NCBI GenBank assembly: GCA_013265495.1
Contig: MU057887.1
Location: forward strand, 2,451,576-2,515,575
DNA length: 64,000 nucleotides
Reading direction: 5' to 3'
From: Vicugna vicugna
Taxonomy: Eukaryota
Part shown: positions 36,680 to 50,345 of the stretch, one piece after another
How the letters are laid out: each line of letters starts with the position of its first letter
How positions within the stretch are numbered: position 1 is the first letter of the stretch
Program-made: the position numbers and the translations under genes
The notes under the pieces: model-generated
Database searches by the model: none
What the model saw: the letters and a program-made list of their open reading frames with translations, nothing else
Told to the model about the DNA's origin: nothing

Positions 36680-37090
36680 GTGGGAAGAAATGGAAAAACC
36701 AGAGCTCAGAAACAGAGAGGAAATCATAGACGTGGAAGGCAGAGAAAACAAATTCCAACACACAGATAAGCGGTGCCTTTAAAAACGAAGATCCAAGTAA
36801 TGTCTATGAACACAGATTTAAAGCAATGATTCAAAACGTTATTTCAGACTTTAAAGAAGTCTTCAATCTTCCTGTTAAAAGAGCACCTCATAATTCAGGA
36901 AAAATTGATGTCCAACAAACCATCATTGAATCCCATCATAATAAAATGTGTTGAACTTTAAAATAAATAGTAAGTCATCGAAGAAGGGAGCCGCGTCTCT
37001 GCTGAAGTCAGCTCGCCAGTGACATGGCACACAGTGACAGCGCACTCCTCGAAGAAAGAGAAACAGACCAAGACCTTCCTGCCCAGCTGC
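36680..37090 (+). mobile_element. ancient L1M/HAL1 ORF1 remnant
   Basis: ATAGACGTGGAAGGCAGA..TCCAACA, TTTAAAGCAATGATTCAAAA, TTAAAAGAGCACCTCATAATTCAGGAAAAATTGATG. Confidence 0.6.
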
Positions 37091-37229
37091 ACCCTTTGTG
37101 GGTGCCCATTCTTAACACCCAGGACCAGGGGCCACTTTATGGCCAGCAGAGCAAGCTTTGCCCGTTAGTGGATAAAGACTGGCTCTTCATTGGAGCATGC
37201 CAGGGCACCAGTAACTACAGGAAAATAAT

Positions 37230-38440
37230 AAAATAACAGATCTCTACGTTGATGCGAGCACACAGGTGGTTTAAACACTCAAGTTTAAATGACAGACATT
37301 AAACATCCAGAAGAAGGTACTGGAGGATGTCTGGGAGAGGTTTTTTTAAAAAAGCAATCAGTCTAAACATACACCTAAAAATTAATACATTGTAAGTTAA
37401 TTATGCTTCAATTAAAAATAAAAAATCATAACAGGGCAAATCATGAAAGAAGAACCCTTTTTTTAAATGAAAAGTTGCCATTAAAGAATGGACAACTCAA
37501 TCCACAAAATATAGGAGCAATTCACGGGACTGATCAAGAACTGAACTTCAAAACCTAAAATGAAAAGGTTTCCACAGCCAATAGTTTAAAACCAATCCCA
37601 GTAAGGAAAATACATGAACAAGCATTTTACAGAAGAGGAAATGAGAAGGATGACTGACACTGGAGTCTGTGGTACGCCTGATCAGTAATCAGGGAAATTA
37701 GATTTTAAAATTAAATATATTTTTAAAGCCAAAAAGATTGACATAACTTTTACAACTTTGACAATTGTAGACAGATATGTGAAATTATAACATGGCACAA
37801 ATATTGCTTGTTACGAACACTTCGGTAGTGAAAAATAATTAGGCTTTATCTTGTTTAAAAAAAAAACAAAACGTGTTCATAACCTGTGACACAGCAAAGC
37901 ACCAATCGTACATGCCTGAACAAAAAGGGAAGCAATCCCAACAGAAAAATGCACACGAGCACAACAGGGAGCACACGCACTGTCCAGAGCAGCGTTATTT
38001 GCGACAGCGTAAAACCTGGGAGCAGCCCAGGTGGCGACAGGACAACGGGTGCACGCGCCGCGATGAAGAGCCTCTGTGCCCGCCGAGCGAGGGCCCCGCC
38101 GAGGTCCCGCCCTGCCCTGTGCGTGAGTCCCGGCCGCCGGGCCGAGGGACGGACGCCAGCGGCAGGCACGGCAGAAGCACTGGCGCCCTCGCACAGCGCG
38201 CACAGGCAAGGCAAAGCCACAGCCTATCGCTTAGGGATGGGCGCTAACTTGGTGAAATGATACAGGAAACACAAAGCATGGTGAAAACAGAAGCAGACAC
38301 TTTGGTGCCTCGGTGGGTGGAGCTGGGCTCAGGAGGGACGCGTGGGAAATGGTGGCCCCGTCAGGGAGGTGAGCCACACGTGCTGGTTTTGTTACAAAGG
38401 CTTACACACTGTATCTTATTCTGCGTGTACACACATCAGG
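37230..38440 (+). mobile_element. L1ME-like ORF2 3' part and 3' UTR, locally GC-converted
   Basis: CATGAACAAGCATTTTACAGAAGAGGAAAT, AGTAATCAGGGAAAT, AGCAGCGTTATTTGCGACAGC, GGCAAAGCCACAGCCTATCGCTTAGGGAT. Confidence 0.75.
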
Positions 38441-39059
38441 GCCTGTTTCCTAGCGAGATACTCATCAATGTACGTCGGTGAATGGACGATCCCACGTTTT
38501 CTCAGGATGACCTCTAAGAAAACAAGGGAGAGATTCACGGGGGACCTGTGACCTGAGAGCAGGGTGAAGCCTTCCCCGGGGACACAGAGGTGACACAGAG
38601 GCCCACCTGGGGGGTGGAGATGCACAGGGGCCGGGGAGGAAACGGGCAGAGAAGGCGGCGGCGCTGCCTGTGGCACCACGGTGACGGGTTGCAGCTCTCC
38701 GAGGGAATCAGACCGCAAGCGAGACGTTTTCGGCTGCAGGGAAACAGTTAAGGTTCACTGCGGTGTTTACATGATGCTGTGAAGGGGACGCTGAGGCTGG
38801 CTGGGCCAATGCGGCGGCAGCATCGGGGCACTGGGCACAGGAGGAAGGGGAGGTCATGCCCCGGGTGGGAGCGGGGAGCGTGAAGCTGTTAAAGCTTCGC
38901 CTTCCGACTCTGGCTGCATCGGGCTTGGGAGTATGCTGCAGGAAACGCCTAAAGTTTACACACGAAGACAGAGCAGCAAAATTATATAACTTAGAACTGG
39001 GAGACAAGGACAGGAAGAAAGAGCTGTAAGAAATGAACTAGCTGTCTGTGGGGAGGATT

Positions 39060-39222
39060 CAGGAGGGAGGGAGGGAGAGAGGGACGGAGGGAGGGAGAAG
39101 GAAAGAAGAAAGAAAGAGAAAGAGAGAAAGAGAGAGAGAAAGAAGGAAGGAAAGAAGGAAAGAAAGAGAAAGGAGAGAAAGAAAGGAGGGAAGGAAGGAG
39201 CGAGGGAGGGAGGGAGGAAGGA
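39060..39222. repeat. polypurine (GGAG/GAAA/GGAA)n compound microsatellite
   Basis: About 160 bp of almost pure A/G. Confidence 0.95.
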
Positions 39223-40409
39223 TGGGGCGGGTTTGCTGTTTCTGGTCTCAAGTCTTACAACAGAATCTTATTAAGTATATATACTCATTTCTTCATAAAA
39301 ATTAAACTTAAATTTAAAATACTCAGTTCTGTAACTTAAGAAAACAAAAGCCAAAAGGGAAAAATTGCAATTTCCAAAGCAACACCATAGGAAAAGTGTA
39401 TATATTTCATCATCCAGAAAATTATTTTATTGCTGAAAACCATATTATTTTGCAAATTAGCTGGCAGGCTTTCCTTTACTTCACTCTATCAGGCTGCCAT
39501 TGTACCTGAAATTGCTACACAATTAATGAGGATCTTTAACGAACCAATGCTCAGGCCTTGGTGCAAGCTGGCTACCTCACCTCAACTGTGTCTCCTAAGG
39601 GTTTGGCTGGTACCTGATGGCTCACAGAATCTGCTCCAACACCACTTCACTGTGTCCTCTAATGTTACTTTTACAATTATTTTCATATTGCCCGTATTTG
39701 TATTTCTCCCAAGACCGAAAAACCAATCATAACATCCACGGGTAAGCCCTGGGTGCAAATACAGGAACACACAGCCTGGTGTTCATATTACTGCCTTTGA
39801 GCTTGCCTCATCTTCCTCTTTTCCAAAAGGTATTTCTGACTCTCAAACAATGAGAAGTCTCAGCATTTCTCTCCCAGGAACTTTCTTCCCAAGCCCTGCT
39901 TCCCTGTTCTACCTGCTTCTCCCTTCGCTCTAACAAAATGCTGCACGCTTTCTGCAGCTTGATTTCTGTTCCCTGCAATCCTAACTGGCCCTGAAACCTT
40001 CTTGGAGGCACAAAAGGGTTCCCCCTCCTCTGGCTCAGTTCCTCATGCTATTTAGACAGTCCAGGAGCACAGAAGGAAAATATAAACCAAGGGCTCCCAC
40101 TGGCCCTCCCCGGAGGGTCTCCTTCTCTGTGGGGACCCAATGACTTTGGGGGGCAGCGCCTCCTCTTTGCCCCAGGCAGGGAGGGGAACTGGGTGCCACC
40201 CGCCCTCCAGAGCCCCCTGTGGGGCCAGGCAGGGACTAGGCTCTCCCAGAACCAGGACTCTGGCAGCCGCTCCCACACTGTTCAGCTCCCTCACTCTCTG
40301 GCACTAGGTCACTGACTGCCTGCCCTCAGTACATCACTCGCCAGCGATCTCCAGGGCAAATCCTGCTTCTAAATAATCTGGCCCAACACAAGTATTTGAG
40401 AAGCATGGC

Positions 40410-41290
40410 TCATTTTTTGAAATCATTTCAGAGTAAGAAAGCCTTCTCTAAGAGACTAACACTAAAACCTAAAAGAAAAAGATGATGAATCCTACTAAAC
40501 TTATAAATATCTTAACCAGCATGGCAAGAGAAGTAACACAAAGAAAGCCAACAGTGATAACACCAGAAATTATCTACACATACAGCAGGGCGCCGTGTAA
40601 ACATAGATTTATGTCTATATTTATTATAAAGAGATCACTTTCCAAAAATTTAAAGACAGTTATCAAACCATTCAACACTAACAACTCAATAGAAACATAG
40701 TTAAAAGACGTGGATAAAGATTTCACCATAAAGGGAAATGCAAATGTCATTTAAATGAAGAGATTCTCAACCCACTGACAAAGATTAGAAGAAAATGAAA
40801 CAGTAATAAGATATTGTTTTGAACTAATCAGAGTGGAAAACCAAACATCTAACCCTCCTCAAACCCTCTGGTATCCGAGTGAGCTGGCAGGGTGACCAGC
40901 AGTCACACTTACGCACCACCGAGAAGAGTGTACGATTTTCAGCCACTTCCATAGTCTGGCACCACTTGTGAAACTGCTAAGGTGTCTGCCCTTTGACTCA
41001 GCAGTTCTGCCTCCAGGACTTTATTGTACAAACACCCTCACACATGTGCCAAATGATATATGATCGGGGGTATTCATGCCAGCACAGCTTACAGTAGCGA
41101 AAGAATAGGGAACGAAACTAGGGAGGTCTGTGAATAGAGGGCCCTGGTTCAGTGAATTGGAATACAGTCCTGCAGTCAGACGTTCTGCCATCATTAATTT
41201 CTGAAAACAAAACCAAAAACAAACAAACAAAAAAAACCCACAAAAAGAATCGTATTTACTAAGAAGGCAACTCTCTCCTGTAAGTTCCAG
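40410..41290 (+). mobile_element. L1ME-like ORF2 3' remnant
   Basis: AAAGCCTTCTCTAAG, AACAACTCAATAGAAACATAG, CCCTTTGACTCAGCAGTTCTGCCTCCAGGACTTTAT, CACATGTGCCAAATGATATATG. Confidence 0.75.
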
Positions 41291-41714
41291 CGGCAGAGTG
41301 AGGTGCCCGACAGGGCACACCCGCACACTGCGCTGGCCTTGGTGCTGAAATGCCGGATGCCTGGGAGGTCAGCAGGCGGGGTGCCCTGGGGGCGGGGCCC
41401 GAGGGAGCCCAGCACTTGATAAGAGTGAATTCCTCCATGCAAGCCAGCTTGTGTTACCTGGGGTCAGGTCCTCTTTCTCCTCCAGAGGAAAGACTCATTT
41501 CCTCCTCTCCCTCCTCCTTTCCCCTCCTCCCTCCCTCCTCCATGGGCTCTGGCTCCCTCCCCGCTCCCCTCCCCTCTGACTGGCCTTGGCTCCTGGCACC
41601 TGGCTGTCCGTGGCTCACCTGAGGATGGTGACGGCGCATGCTCAGTGCCCTCCTAGTACCAGTCTCGGCAGTATGTTTCCTATGATGACCCTCATCTCCG
41701 TTTAGTCCTTCATC

Positions 41715-41790
41715 ACCAATCCCCTTGCACAGGTGGGCGAAGTCCAGCTCAGAGAGAGGCACCGAGAGATCAAAGGCACAGAGCGTAGGT
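41715..41790 (-). mobile_element. MIR fragment
   Basis: CCCCTTGCACAGGTGGGCGAAGTCCAGCTCAGAGAG resembles the antisense MIR core. Confidence 0.4.
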
Positions 41791-42644
41791 GCCCTGCATC
41801 GGGGTTCCATCCCGGGGGTCCTGGGGCTCGAGCACCATGTGGGTGGGTGCTGGAGGTGGTCCTTCAGCGGTGCCCTCAGGGCCGTGGGCTGGCTTCTAGG
41901 TGACCAGCCTGATGGGAGCAGGCTGCCGCATTTCCACATCTGCAGTCAGTCCTCGGTCACTGTGGGGAAGCCCCAGGCCCCGGGGGCAGGGGGCAGTTCT
42001 GGTCAGGTCAGCCTGCCTGGAGCAGGAGTGAGAGCCACCAGCTCAGAGCAGAGCAAGGGCCAGGCTGCTGAGACCAGGCCAGGCCTCTGTCCTGAGGGCC
42101 AGAGACGGAGCGGGGGAACTGGGGGTCAGAACCCGGGGCTGGCCAGCACCCGCAGAGGGCCGGGGCTGGCAGCGGATCCAAGAGCCCTGAGCTGACACAC
42201 AGGGTGGGTGGGGGGATTAGTCTTCGCCCTCCAGTTCAGGTGGCCCAGAAGGCCAGATGGAGCTGGGGGTGTGGGTATGGAGAACCTGTGAGGACGCCCC
42301 AGCACCTGGGTTCGTGCTCTGGGAGCTTTCGTGGTGAGTCAGGGCCAGGAAAGCCATGATTCAGTGACCAAGGCACCAAGGGCATCCGGGCGCGGGGCTG
42401 CACCTGGGGCGTCCGCCGTCCCCAAAGGGCCTCAGGCACACTTTGCCACATGTGTGCACATTCCATCCCGAGCATGGGAGGGGGAGGCCTGTTGCAGGAC
42501 CAAGGACCCTGAACAGGGAAGGAGAGCGCGACAGGGTCCCTGGGGACGGCCCTGCTGTGTCAGCCACGTGCTCCGGGGCAGCCCACTCTTCAAGAGGCCG
42601 GAGCAGGCATGCGGGTGGGCGAGAGGGCAGCTTGGAGGTTGCTT

Positions 42645-42740
42645 GCGGGTCTGGGTCAGATCTGCTGCCCAGCAGCTGCGTGACCTTGGGAGGTCACCTG
42701 CCTGTTGTGTTCCTGCCCCGGGAAGATGCGATCGGCCCGC
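42645..42740 (+). mobile_element. MIR fragment
   Basis: CAGCAGCTGCGTGACCTTGGGAGGTCAC resembles the MIR core CTAGCTGTGTGACCTTGGGCAAGTTAC. Confidence 0.5.
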
Positions 42741-45700
42741 GTGCTCTGGGAGCAGGGCGCCCTGCCGTGGCTCTCATCCAGCTGGCATCCGAGGGAGGCT
42801 GAGCTGGTCGGCGATGAGCCTGGCCTGGAGGTCAGCACGCCAGCCGCTCCCTGGCTGCCCTGCAGGGAGCATCTGATGGGGCCTGGCCTTCCTCCCCTGG
42901 CCAGCAGCGCCCATCTCTAAGGCTCCCGCCTGCACTTCTGACGAAGCGTCTTCTCACTGACTGCTGCTCTGACGTGTTCAGGTTGATTTGTTTTCAGACT
43001 GGACACTTGTCCATCCAGGGCAGGGTCCTGGCTGCTGCTGACGGGGCCTGGAGTGAGCTGACTTCCACCGGAGCGCATGTCGGAATCCCCGAGGGGCCGT
43101 CCTTCTGCATTTCTGAGCCTCAGCTGCAGAAAGGCTTCTCACCCAGCCCGGGGCGACTCCCCCTCCATCCCGGCCGCCGCCCTTCAGAGGTAGCTGGCGT
43201 TCCTTGGGATGGCGGGGGCGGATGCTGGCGGGGGACACCGGGCACGTGCCCGCACCACCATGGCACAGGACTCTGCAGCTGGACTGCGTTCAACCCCCCT
43301 GCCTCAGAGAGAGCGCGGCCCGGCCGGGGGCCAGCAGGAGCTGCAGCAGCTGCCGGTGGTCACAGAGGCTCCCAGACAAGTGTGGAGATGGATGGCCTCA
43401 CTCCACCTGTGCCTTGGAACACCCAGAGGGGTTGCTGCGTCCCGGCTCTGCGGCTCACGCTCGCGGGCACCAGAGGGCCCTTCTCCTAAGTCCACCCCCA
43501 GGAGGATGGGCTCCCGTGCGTGTCCTTCAGCTCTGAGACCTTCAGGCAGCACGGCGGGGACACGTGTCAGCAGGGAGGTGCCTGCCTCTGAGCGCCTGCT
43601 CCTCACAAGCAGCAGGAGGCCCTCCTCCTGGCGCAGAGGGAGCCAATGCGCAGCAGAGCCACGGGGCCCGCGGTCTGCGCTCACTGCCTGAGCTGATTCC
43701 AACCAAAGGGCAAAACCCAGAACAGACAGGCCAGCGGGAGGTGGCTGTATCTCCACATTTAAGTGAACATGCGGGATCACCGGGAAGGTGACACAGCCGG
43801 GAAGTCGGGGTGGGGACCGGGGTCTGGGCGGGCAGCAGTCGGGGCTTTGTGCGTCTATGGCTTGTGCCTGGAGGAGGCGGGACGGCGTCCGCCAGGCCCA
43901 CCCAGCCTTGGGTCCAACCCTCTGAGCACCCCTGACCTGAGTCCCTTAGCCAGCGGCGCCGGGGCCAGCCCCGTTCTTGTCCCTGGTCCGGTGGCCTAAG
44001 CTCCCCCAGGGTAAAAGGAGTGTCAAGGTTAACACCTCAGGCTCCGGACAGAGAAGCTGAGCGGGGAACACCGATGTGTTGCAGGTGTCCCCTCTCCTCG
44101 GGGCTGTGGCCAGTCTCCCCTGGGGTGTCCGTCCACCACCAGGCTGCCAGGACATCTCCCGGGCCTCTCGGCTCCCAGGGCCCCTGCCTTCTCCTTCCAG
44201 GCTGCTGCGCACGGCGTGGCTCTGTCACAGGGACTGCAGTGTGGGCTGGAGGGAGGCCGCAGGCCCGGGGGCTCATGGCGGGCTCCTTCACCCATGGGGC
44301 CACCGGCTGTAAGGAGCCCGACAGGCCACGCCCAGGGTTCAGACGGGAGATACACGCGCACACAGCTGCACGCAGTTCCGGGCCACAGCCCCCGCCCATG
44401 ATGCGCCAGTTGGGGGCCCTGAAGCAGGGCGGATGTGGCTCCCTGTATGCCCGCCTCCTAACAGTGCCGCTCTCGTCCTGCCTGAGGGTCCCTGGTGGCG
44501 GGGCCTTTACTCCAAGGTCAAGGGCAGGCCCTGAATTTGCCGTCCTGGTCCAGCCTCACACCCTTTAAAAATCTCCACCTGCCATTCCTCCGTGAGAAGT
44601 GAGGGCCGTGGCCGAGGTGAGGACTCCTCAGGCAGGATTTCTGCTTTGGGACCGGGGTGCACCTGCGAACTTCGCAGAAAGATGCCGGAAGGCATCGATG
44701 TGGCTGGAGCGACGACTGTCACACCGACAGGGTGTGAGCCGTTGGACCACTGTCTTCCCCACAACCTAGACATGCTGATACAGGGGTTTCAGTTCCTTCA
44801 TCTCCGGAACAAGGAGAAGGGCCTTGCTTCCAGGTGACCATGGAGGGACCTCAGGCAGCTGGGGCTGCACCAGATGCACGTGGCGGCTGGTGACGGCTAC
44901 TGAGTTTCCAAGGCCGGCATCTCAGAGTCTGCCCTTCCCTCCAGCTGAGCCCTCTGTGCGTCTCCGGTTCCTGGAGCTCTGGCAGTGACGGCTGGCTCAC
45001 TCCACCTTCACCTGCCACTCTCGGGGCCCAATGGCCATTGCAGACCTCTGCCTTCCATCCCATCTTGGAGTCGCTCAGAGGCACCCTCCTTCCCAGCACA
45101 GGACCCCTTCCCCAGTACTTCCTGTCCCTCCTCTTGCCCTCGCCTTCCCGTGTCCCAGTGTGATGCTCGCTGGCCACTAGCAACAGCTCAGAAGCAGCCG
45201 GCACACACAGAGTTAAAGGGCCTCCTGCCCGCTTCCCCGCCTGGTGCTCCCCCCGAGTCCCCAGGACCTCAGCCCGCCTTGGGAAGAGGCCTGGCGGGCT
45301 GTGGTCCTGGGGCTGCGGACTCAGTCCTGGCGGGACAGACTCTGCCACTGACATCGTCGCTGAAAGGCAGTGGCAGGCGTTCCTCCTGTAACTGATCGCC
45401 TGGCAATTACAAGGTACAAAGTCTGCTTTTACCTTATTAGGTTGCTGCTATTCTCAGCTTGCATTCAGAAAGGCGGCGCAGTGCTGTCAGGCGTGGGTTG
45501 TCCCTGACGAGGAGCCTGTGGGGACCGTGAACCTCCGCAGAGCCGCCCTCACCCCGGCGCCCACGCCATCACCCCCGTCAGCCTGGCGATAACCTCCCGC
45601 CTCCCTCCTGCCTCCTCACCCCACCCCCAGGCGCGGGCCCCTGGCTGGGCCTCCAGGCCCTGCAGGGCTGGCCCGGAATCCCACACAGGAGGACGTGGGA

Positions 45701-48110
45701 GCAGAGATCCGATCCCCGGTCTGGGGACCCGCCTGAGGCTGGGCTGGATGGCACTGTCCATGTGATTCCAGCAGAGACAACTGTCCAGAGCTGGTATCCA
45801 ACCCAGGAGCCACGAGCCACATGTGCTGTTTCACCCTGAAGCCGTCGAAGCTAAAGGGACGGCAGCCTTCATCTTCAAATGCGGCCTGCATGCTCCAGCC
45901 TGAAGGCGCCGTTAGGGAGGCGCGGAGAGGGACGGGCCCCGCCCAGCCTGGCCGAGCTCCACTAATCCACAGTCATCTGCTGCTCCCTTGGTCCTTATCT
46001 CCCGGGTCTGGAGGAGCTCTGCCCTGTGGAAGGGCCGGGGGGCTGGGTGGGGCTTCTAACTGTGACTCTGAGCACCCTCACATGGGTGATGGGAAGAGGA
46101 CCAGGCATTTCTGGTGGACCTGTGGCCTTTCCCTGCAGGGACCGCCAGGCCCGCATCACCCAGGGATCTGCTCCTTTCTCATAAACAAGAAGCCCCAATG
46201 TCCTTGTCTAGGCTGGGTCACAGGCTGGGGGTGACTTTGGGCAGAGCTGGGGCATGGGGACTTCTCAGGGTAGCTGGTGAAGCAATAACCGTGGTGGCCA
46301 TGGCCATCGTGGGCTGCACACTCACTGCCCGGGGTGTTCTGCACATGCATGTCCTTAAATGCAGTGACAGCAGGAGAAAGGAATGCTTGTTCCCACTCAG
46401 CAGAGAAGTGAGCTAACTCTCTGGAAGGTGGAATCAGACGGTGCACAGAAGACCCCCGCAGTGCTGCCCACAGGATGTGGGTTCCTAAAAGGTCTCCATT
46501 AGCCAAGTCATCCTCCTCACCTTCCTCCATCCGGAGCCCTGCTGCTCCCCGGAGTCCGGGCGAGCATCCGCAGCAAGACACCAGCTGTCACACGTGTGAG
46601 GGCGTTCCGGGCACCACCACGCCTCCTCGGGAGGGGAGCACGTCCTCTGTGCAGCCAGCTCCCTGGGCAAGCGGTCCCTCGGGGGCCAGCAGACTCCCAG
46701 TGCCGTCCACGCCCTGCTGGGCTCTGGCCAGAGGCTGTTTGCCTCTCTCATGCATATATTTTTTTTACCCCTAAGGAAAGCTCACACCTTTGCTGAGAAC
46801 TACATTTATTTTTGTCTGTTATTTATTCTCCTGACTCATGAAACTGCACCCTTCAGGATGCCAGTACAAAATGTTAAAAAAAATTAGTAAAAAAGCATAA
46901 AGTGGATGAAAGATGTTAAGGTTCTTTTATCTCCTGAAATATGAATTTAAATACTTTCACTTCATGATCCCGAGAGAAAAAATTGAATAAAAAGTAAGCA
47001 CAAAAAATATGTACATATATATCAAACACTCAGTCCTGCTAACTTAAATGCAAAACATTAAAAAACAAAACCCAAAGCCTTGGTCCAGAATAACAGTCTG
47101 TCTTTCTCTGAAGGCCCCTTCACTGGGCGGCAATCACTCCGCCTCCAGCCTGCTGTGGTCCCGCCTCCTTCCCGGCTGCCCCGTCCGGGACCCTGGCCTG
47201 TGGTCTGAGGCCATGGCTGGGGGAGCCCTTGGGTTCTCCTGCGGCCTCACTGGTGCTCCCTGGACTGGCCAGGGATGGACAAGCCAGTGCTTCATTTCAG
47301 TGGGTCTAGGGAGCAGAGAAGGCTGGAGGAGGAACTTGTCACCAGCAAGGATGTGGCCAGACAGGCCTGGGCAGCTTCCCAAGGCAAAGGCGACTATGAA
47401 AGACTCAACCAGGCAGCCGTCGGCCCAGGCAGCCCTCCCTCCCGGAAGCGGCCCTCTGGCAGTGTCACGCATGTGGAGGATGGACGGAGAGGGTAGAAGT
47501 AAGTCAGGGAGGCCAGACGAGACGGGAGAACCTACGAGAGTTCTGGTCACGTGAGGGGCTTAGAAGCAAGTCTTGGAGACCTTCAGGGGGTCATGACAAG
47601 TACAGCTCCTGAAGGAGCTGCCGGGGGCCTGGACCCTCCCCCATGGGCTTCCGGTCCGCCTGCAGCCCCAGACGCTGGTGAGGGGACCAGCATGGAGCCT
47701 TGTCTTCAGTTCACAAGAGTGGCCTAGAGGACGTCCTGGAGGAGACGGCCCTGCCCTGGCAGGTGCTTTCTGCTTGTGCGTGGATGGAAGTAGGGAAGGG
47801 CGGAGGGGCCATCATGGAGACCCCTGGATGGAGTCCTAGACCCTCACCCAATCTGGCCTCCTTGGGTGGAGCATGTCAGAGCCCCAGAGCTTCGTTGGTT
47901 TGTCCAAGGTCAGGACAGCTGGGACTGGGACCAAGCCGGAGGGCACCCCACGAGCTCACCTGTGGTTACCACAAAGCCTGCAAAGTCAGGGCATCTCACC
48001 CCCCGACAGTGATTCGGGAAACACATTCCACTGTGGCCAAGACTGAGGGAGGGGAGGGGAGCCCAGCAGCTCAGATGACGTCGCTAAAGCCAGAGCCAGA
48101 ATGATAACGA

Positions 48111-48112
<2 letters not shown>

Positions 48113-48146
<34 letters not shown>
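48113..48146. repeat. (GT)17 microsatellite
   Basis: Perfect dinucleotide run. Confidence 0.98.
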
Positions 48147-48147
<1 letters not shown>

Positions 48148-50214
48148 AGCAGGGCAAGCGATGGGGGGGTTAATGTCTCTTTTTCCTCTAAAACCTCCTT
48201 TCCTGAGCTGCGAGGTGTGTGCCTTCCAGACTGATTTCTCTCTCTGGGCAGTTTCAAGAGGTCCTCTTGAAGCCCCATCCATCACCTGGGCCGATTGCTG
48301 CCAGACAGTCCGGGAAGGGGGCCAGGGATCTGTCCAGGTGCCTCCTCAGCACAGACAAGGATGAACAGGGCCCAGGGGGTCCTGGTGCCCCTGCCAAGGG
48401 GACGGGCTCCTGAGAGCGCGGGAGAGGAGGCAGCACCTGGGCTGAGCCGCAGGGCTGTGGCTCCTCCACTGCGAGGCTTGTGTGCAGGCAGGGCACCGCT
48501 GGGGTCGGTTCCGGGGCACAGAGCCCGGGTCAGGTGGAAGCAGCTCTGCAGCCCAGCCTGAAGGGGACCTTCAGAAGGAGCCCTTGACCCGGCTCCTCCT
48601 CATCTTAAATCCATCTGCGCTTCCTTCCTGAATCCAAACTTTGAGCTTCACACTGAGGTCTACTTGTGACCTGGCCTAAACCTCTACCCACGAGTCCCCC
48701 TTCCCCCCAGAAGCTGTGCCCGTGAAGCCCCTTGACAGTCCCTCAGCACAATGCGCATCTCCTTTTCTGTGCTCCCAGGGGACCCCTACCTGCCTGTGAG
48801 CCTGACATTAACCACGATTTCCAGCTCAGCTGCGGGGGAGATACAGGGGTTCTCCCGGGCTCATGGATGTGGAAGCCCCGTTCCACACAGGTGCTGCCTG
48901 TGACGGACGGCAGCGCGGAGGCTGGCTTTGAAGGGAGCATCACTGGAGGAAGAGATTCAGCGGGGCCAGGCACCCAGCCCAGCTCTGCTCGGGAGCAGAG
49001 CTGCAGGGGATGGCGGAGTGCGCGTCAGGCCCGGGGGCAGGTTTGTAGCAAAACAGCAAAATCTGCCAAAGGCTGCAGGTGCTCCTCATTTCCATCGCTC
49101 ATGGCCTGAGGCAAAGCAGCCAGCTCGACTTGGGTCCCAGCTTCCCGAAGGAAGTTGCAGGTTCAGGGGGTGGGAGGACAGGTGTGAAGGCTGCCAGCCA
49201 CGTCCGCTCTGTCTCCCGGGGACACCCAGGGTACACGAGGGGCCAGCTGGGGGAGCCAGGCTGAGCACCTTGGACACACAGCTCCAGACCCCCAGGTAGG
49301 GCCTGGGAGGGTGAGGACCCCCATCGCCATCATACCCTGTGTGCCAACTGGGACAGGAGGGCTGGGGACGGGGTGAGCTCCCCTGTCAACCTCAGTGTCC
49401 TGGGCAGTTTCTCCAGTGACGCAGTCAGTGGGGAGCCAGGGAGGCCCCCGAAATGAGGCTATCAGATACCCTTCCCTGGGGAGGGGCCTGCGGACTGCTC
49501 CCTGAATCAGGGGAGCCCTGGACACTGCTGAAGAGACATCAGGGCCAAGAGCCTGCCTCCAGCCTCCCGGGCCACTTGGCACTGACAGTGCTGCTGGGCT
49601 CCGTCCCTGAGAGCCCCACGTCTGAGGAAGGCCTTTGCCATCTCTTCCTTTGTCACACAACCAGAGCTGCTTATCTTAGACATGCCTCCGAAGGGGCATG
49701 TCCCCCCCACTGGTGTCACTCAGAAGAATGGGAACAGGAAACCAGCCCAAAACTGAGCCACCCCCAAGGCAAAGGGAGGAAGGTGCCCTGAAGGCCAGCG
49801 CTGGCACCCCAGATGGCGCAGAAGCCAGATCAAGCCCAGAGCCTCCAGCCGCGGAAACGGCGCCCTGCTCCAGGGCGCGTGCACCATCCTGCTGTAACAG
49901 CCCGCCAGCACGCACACGTTTGAAAGGTCAACCCTCCCTCTCTGCTAAGACTTCCTAAATTTTACATGAACTGAAATCCATCTTAGCAGAGCCTGCCTCA
50001 CTGACAGGAGGGGTCCTGGGCGAGGACAGAGGTGTCTGAGTGTGGACACACGCCATGCGGCATGGGGCAAAGAGGAGAGCGGGAAGGGGGCTTCGGGTTG
50101 GGGGCTGCTACTGGACTGCTTCCATGACAGCGGCATGTAGCACTCCTGACGGCACCTGCCTGCTTCCCGGAGCTGCTCTGCAGCAGCCACAGAGGGCAGA
50201 GGGTCCGAGGCTGG

Positions 50215-50345
50215 GGACCAGTCGAGCTGGGCTCCACCCCAGCCTCTGTCACCAGCCACTTTTCCTGAGCCCCAGTTTCTTCCCTAGTGAAATCCAGTAT
50301 CAGTGTCATTTCAGGACATCATGGGGAAGATGGAGTGGAAACCAG
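50215..50345 (+). mobile_element. MIR fragment
   Basis: CTGGGCTCCACCCCAGCCTCTGTCAC..CTGAGCCCCAGTTTCTTCCCTAGTGAAAT. Confidence 0.55.

Noticed and set aside
49803..49821. CTCF-like motif ACCCCAGATGGCGC
   Set aside because: Mismatches in the 5' core; near-matches are abundant in GC-rich DNA.
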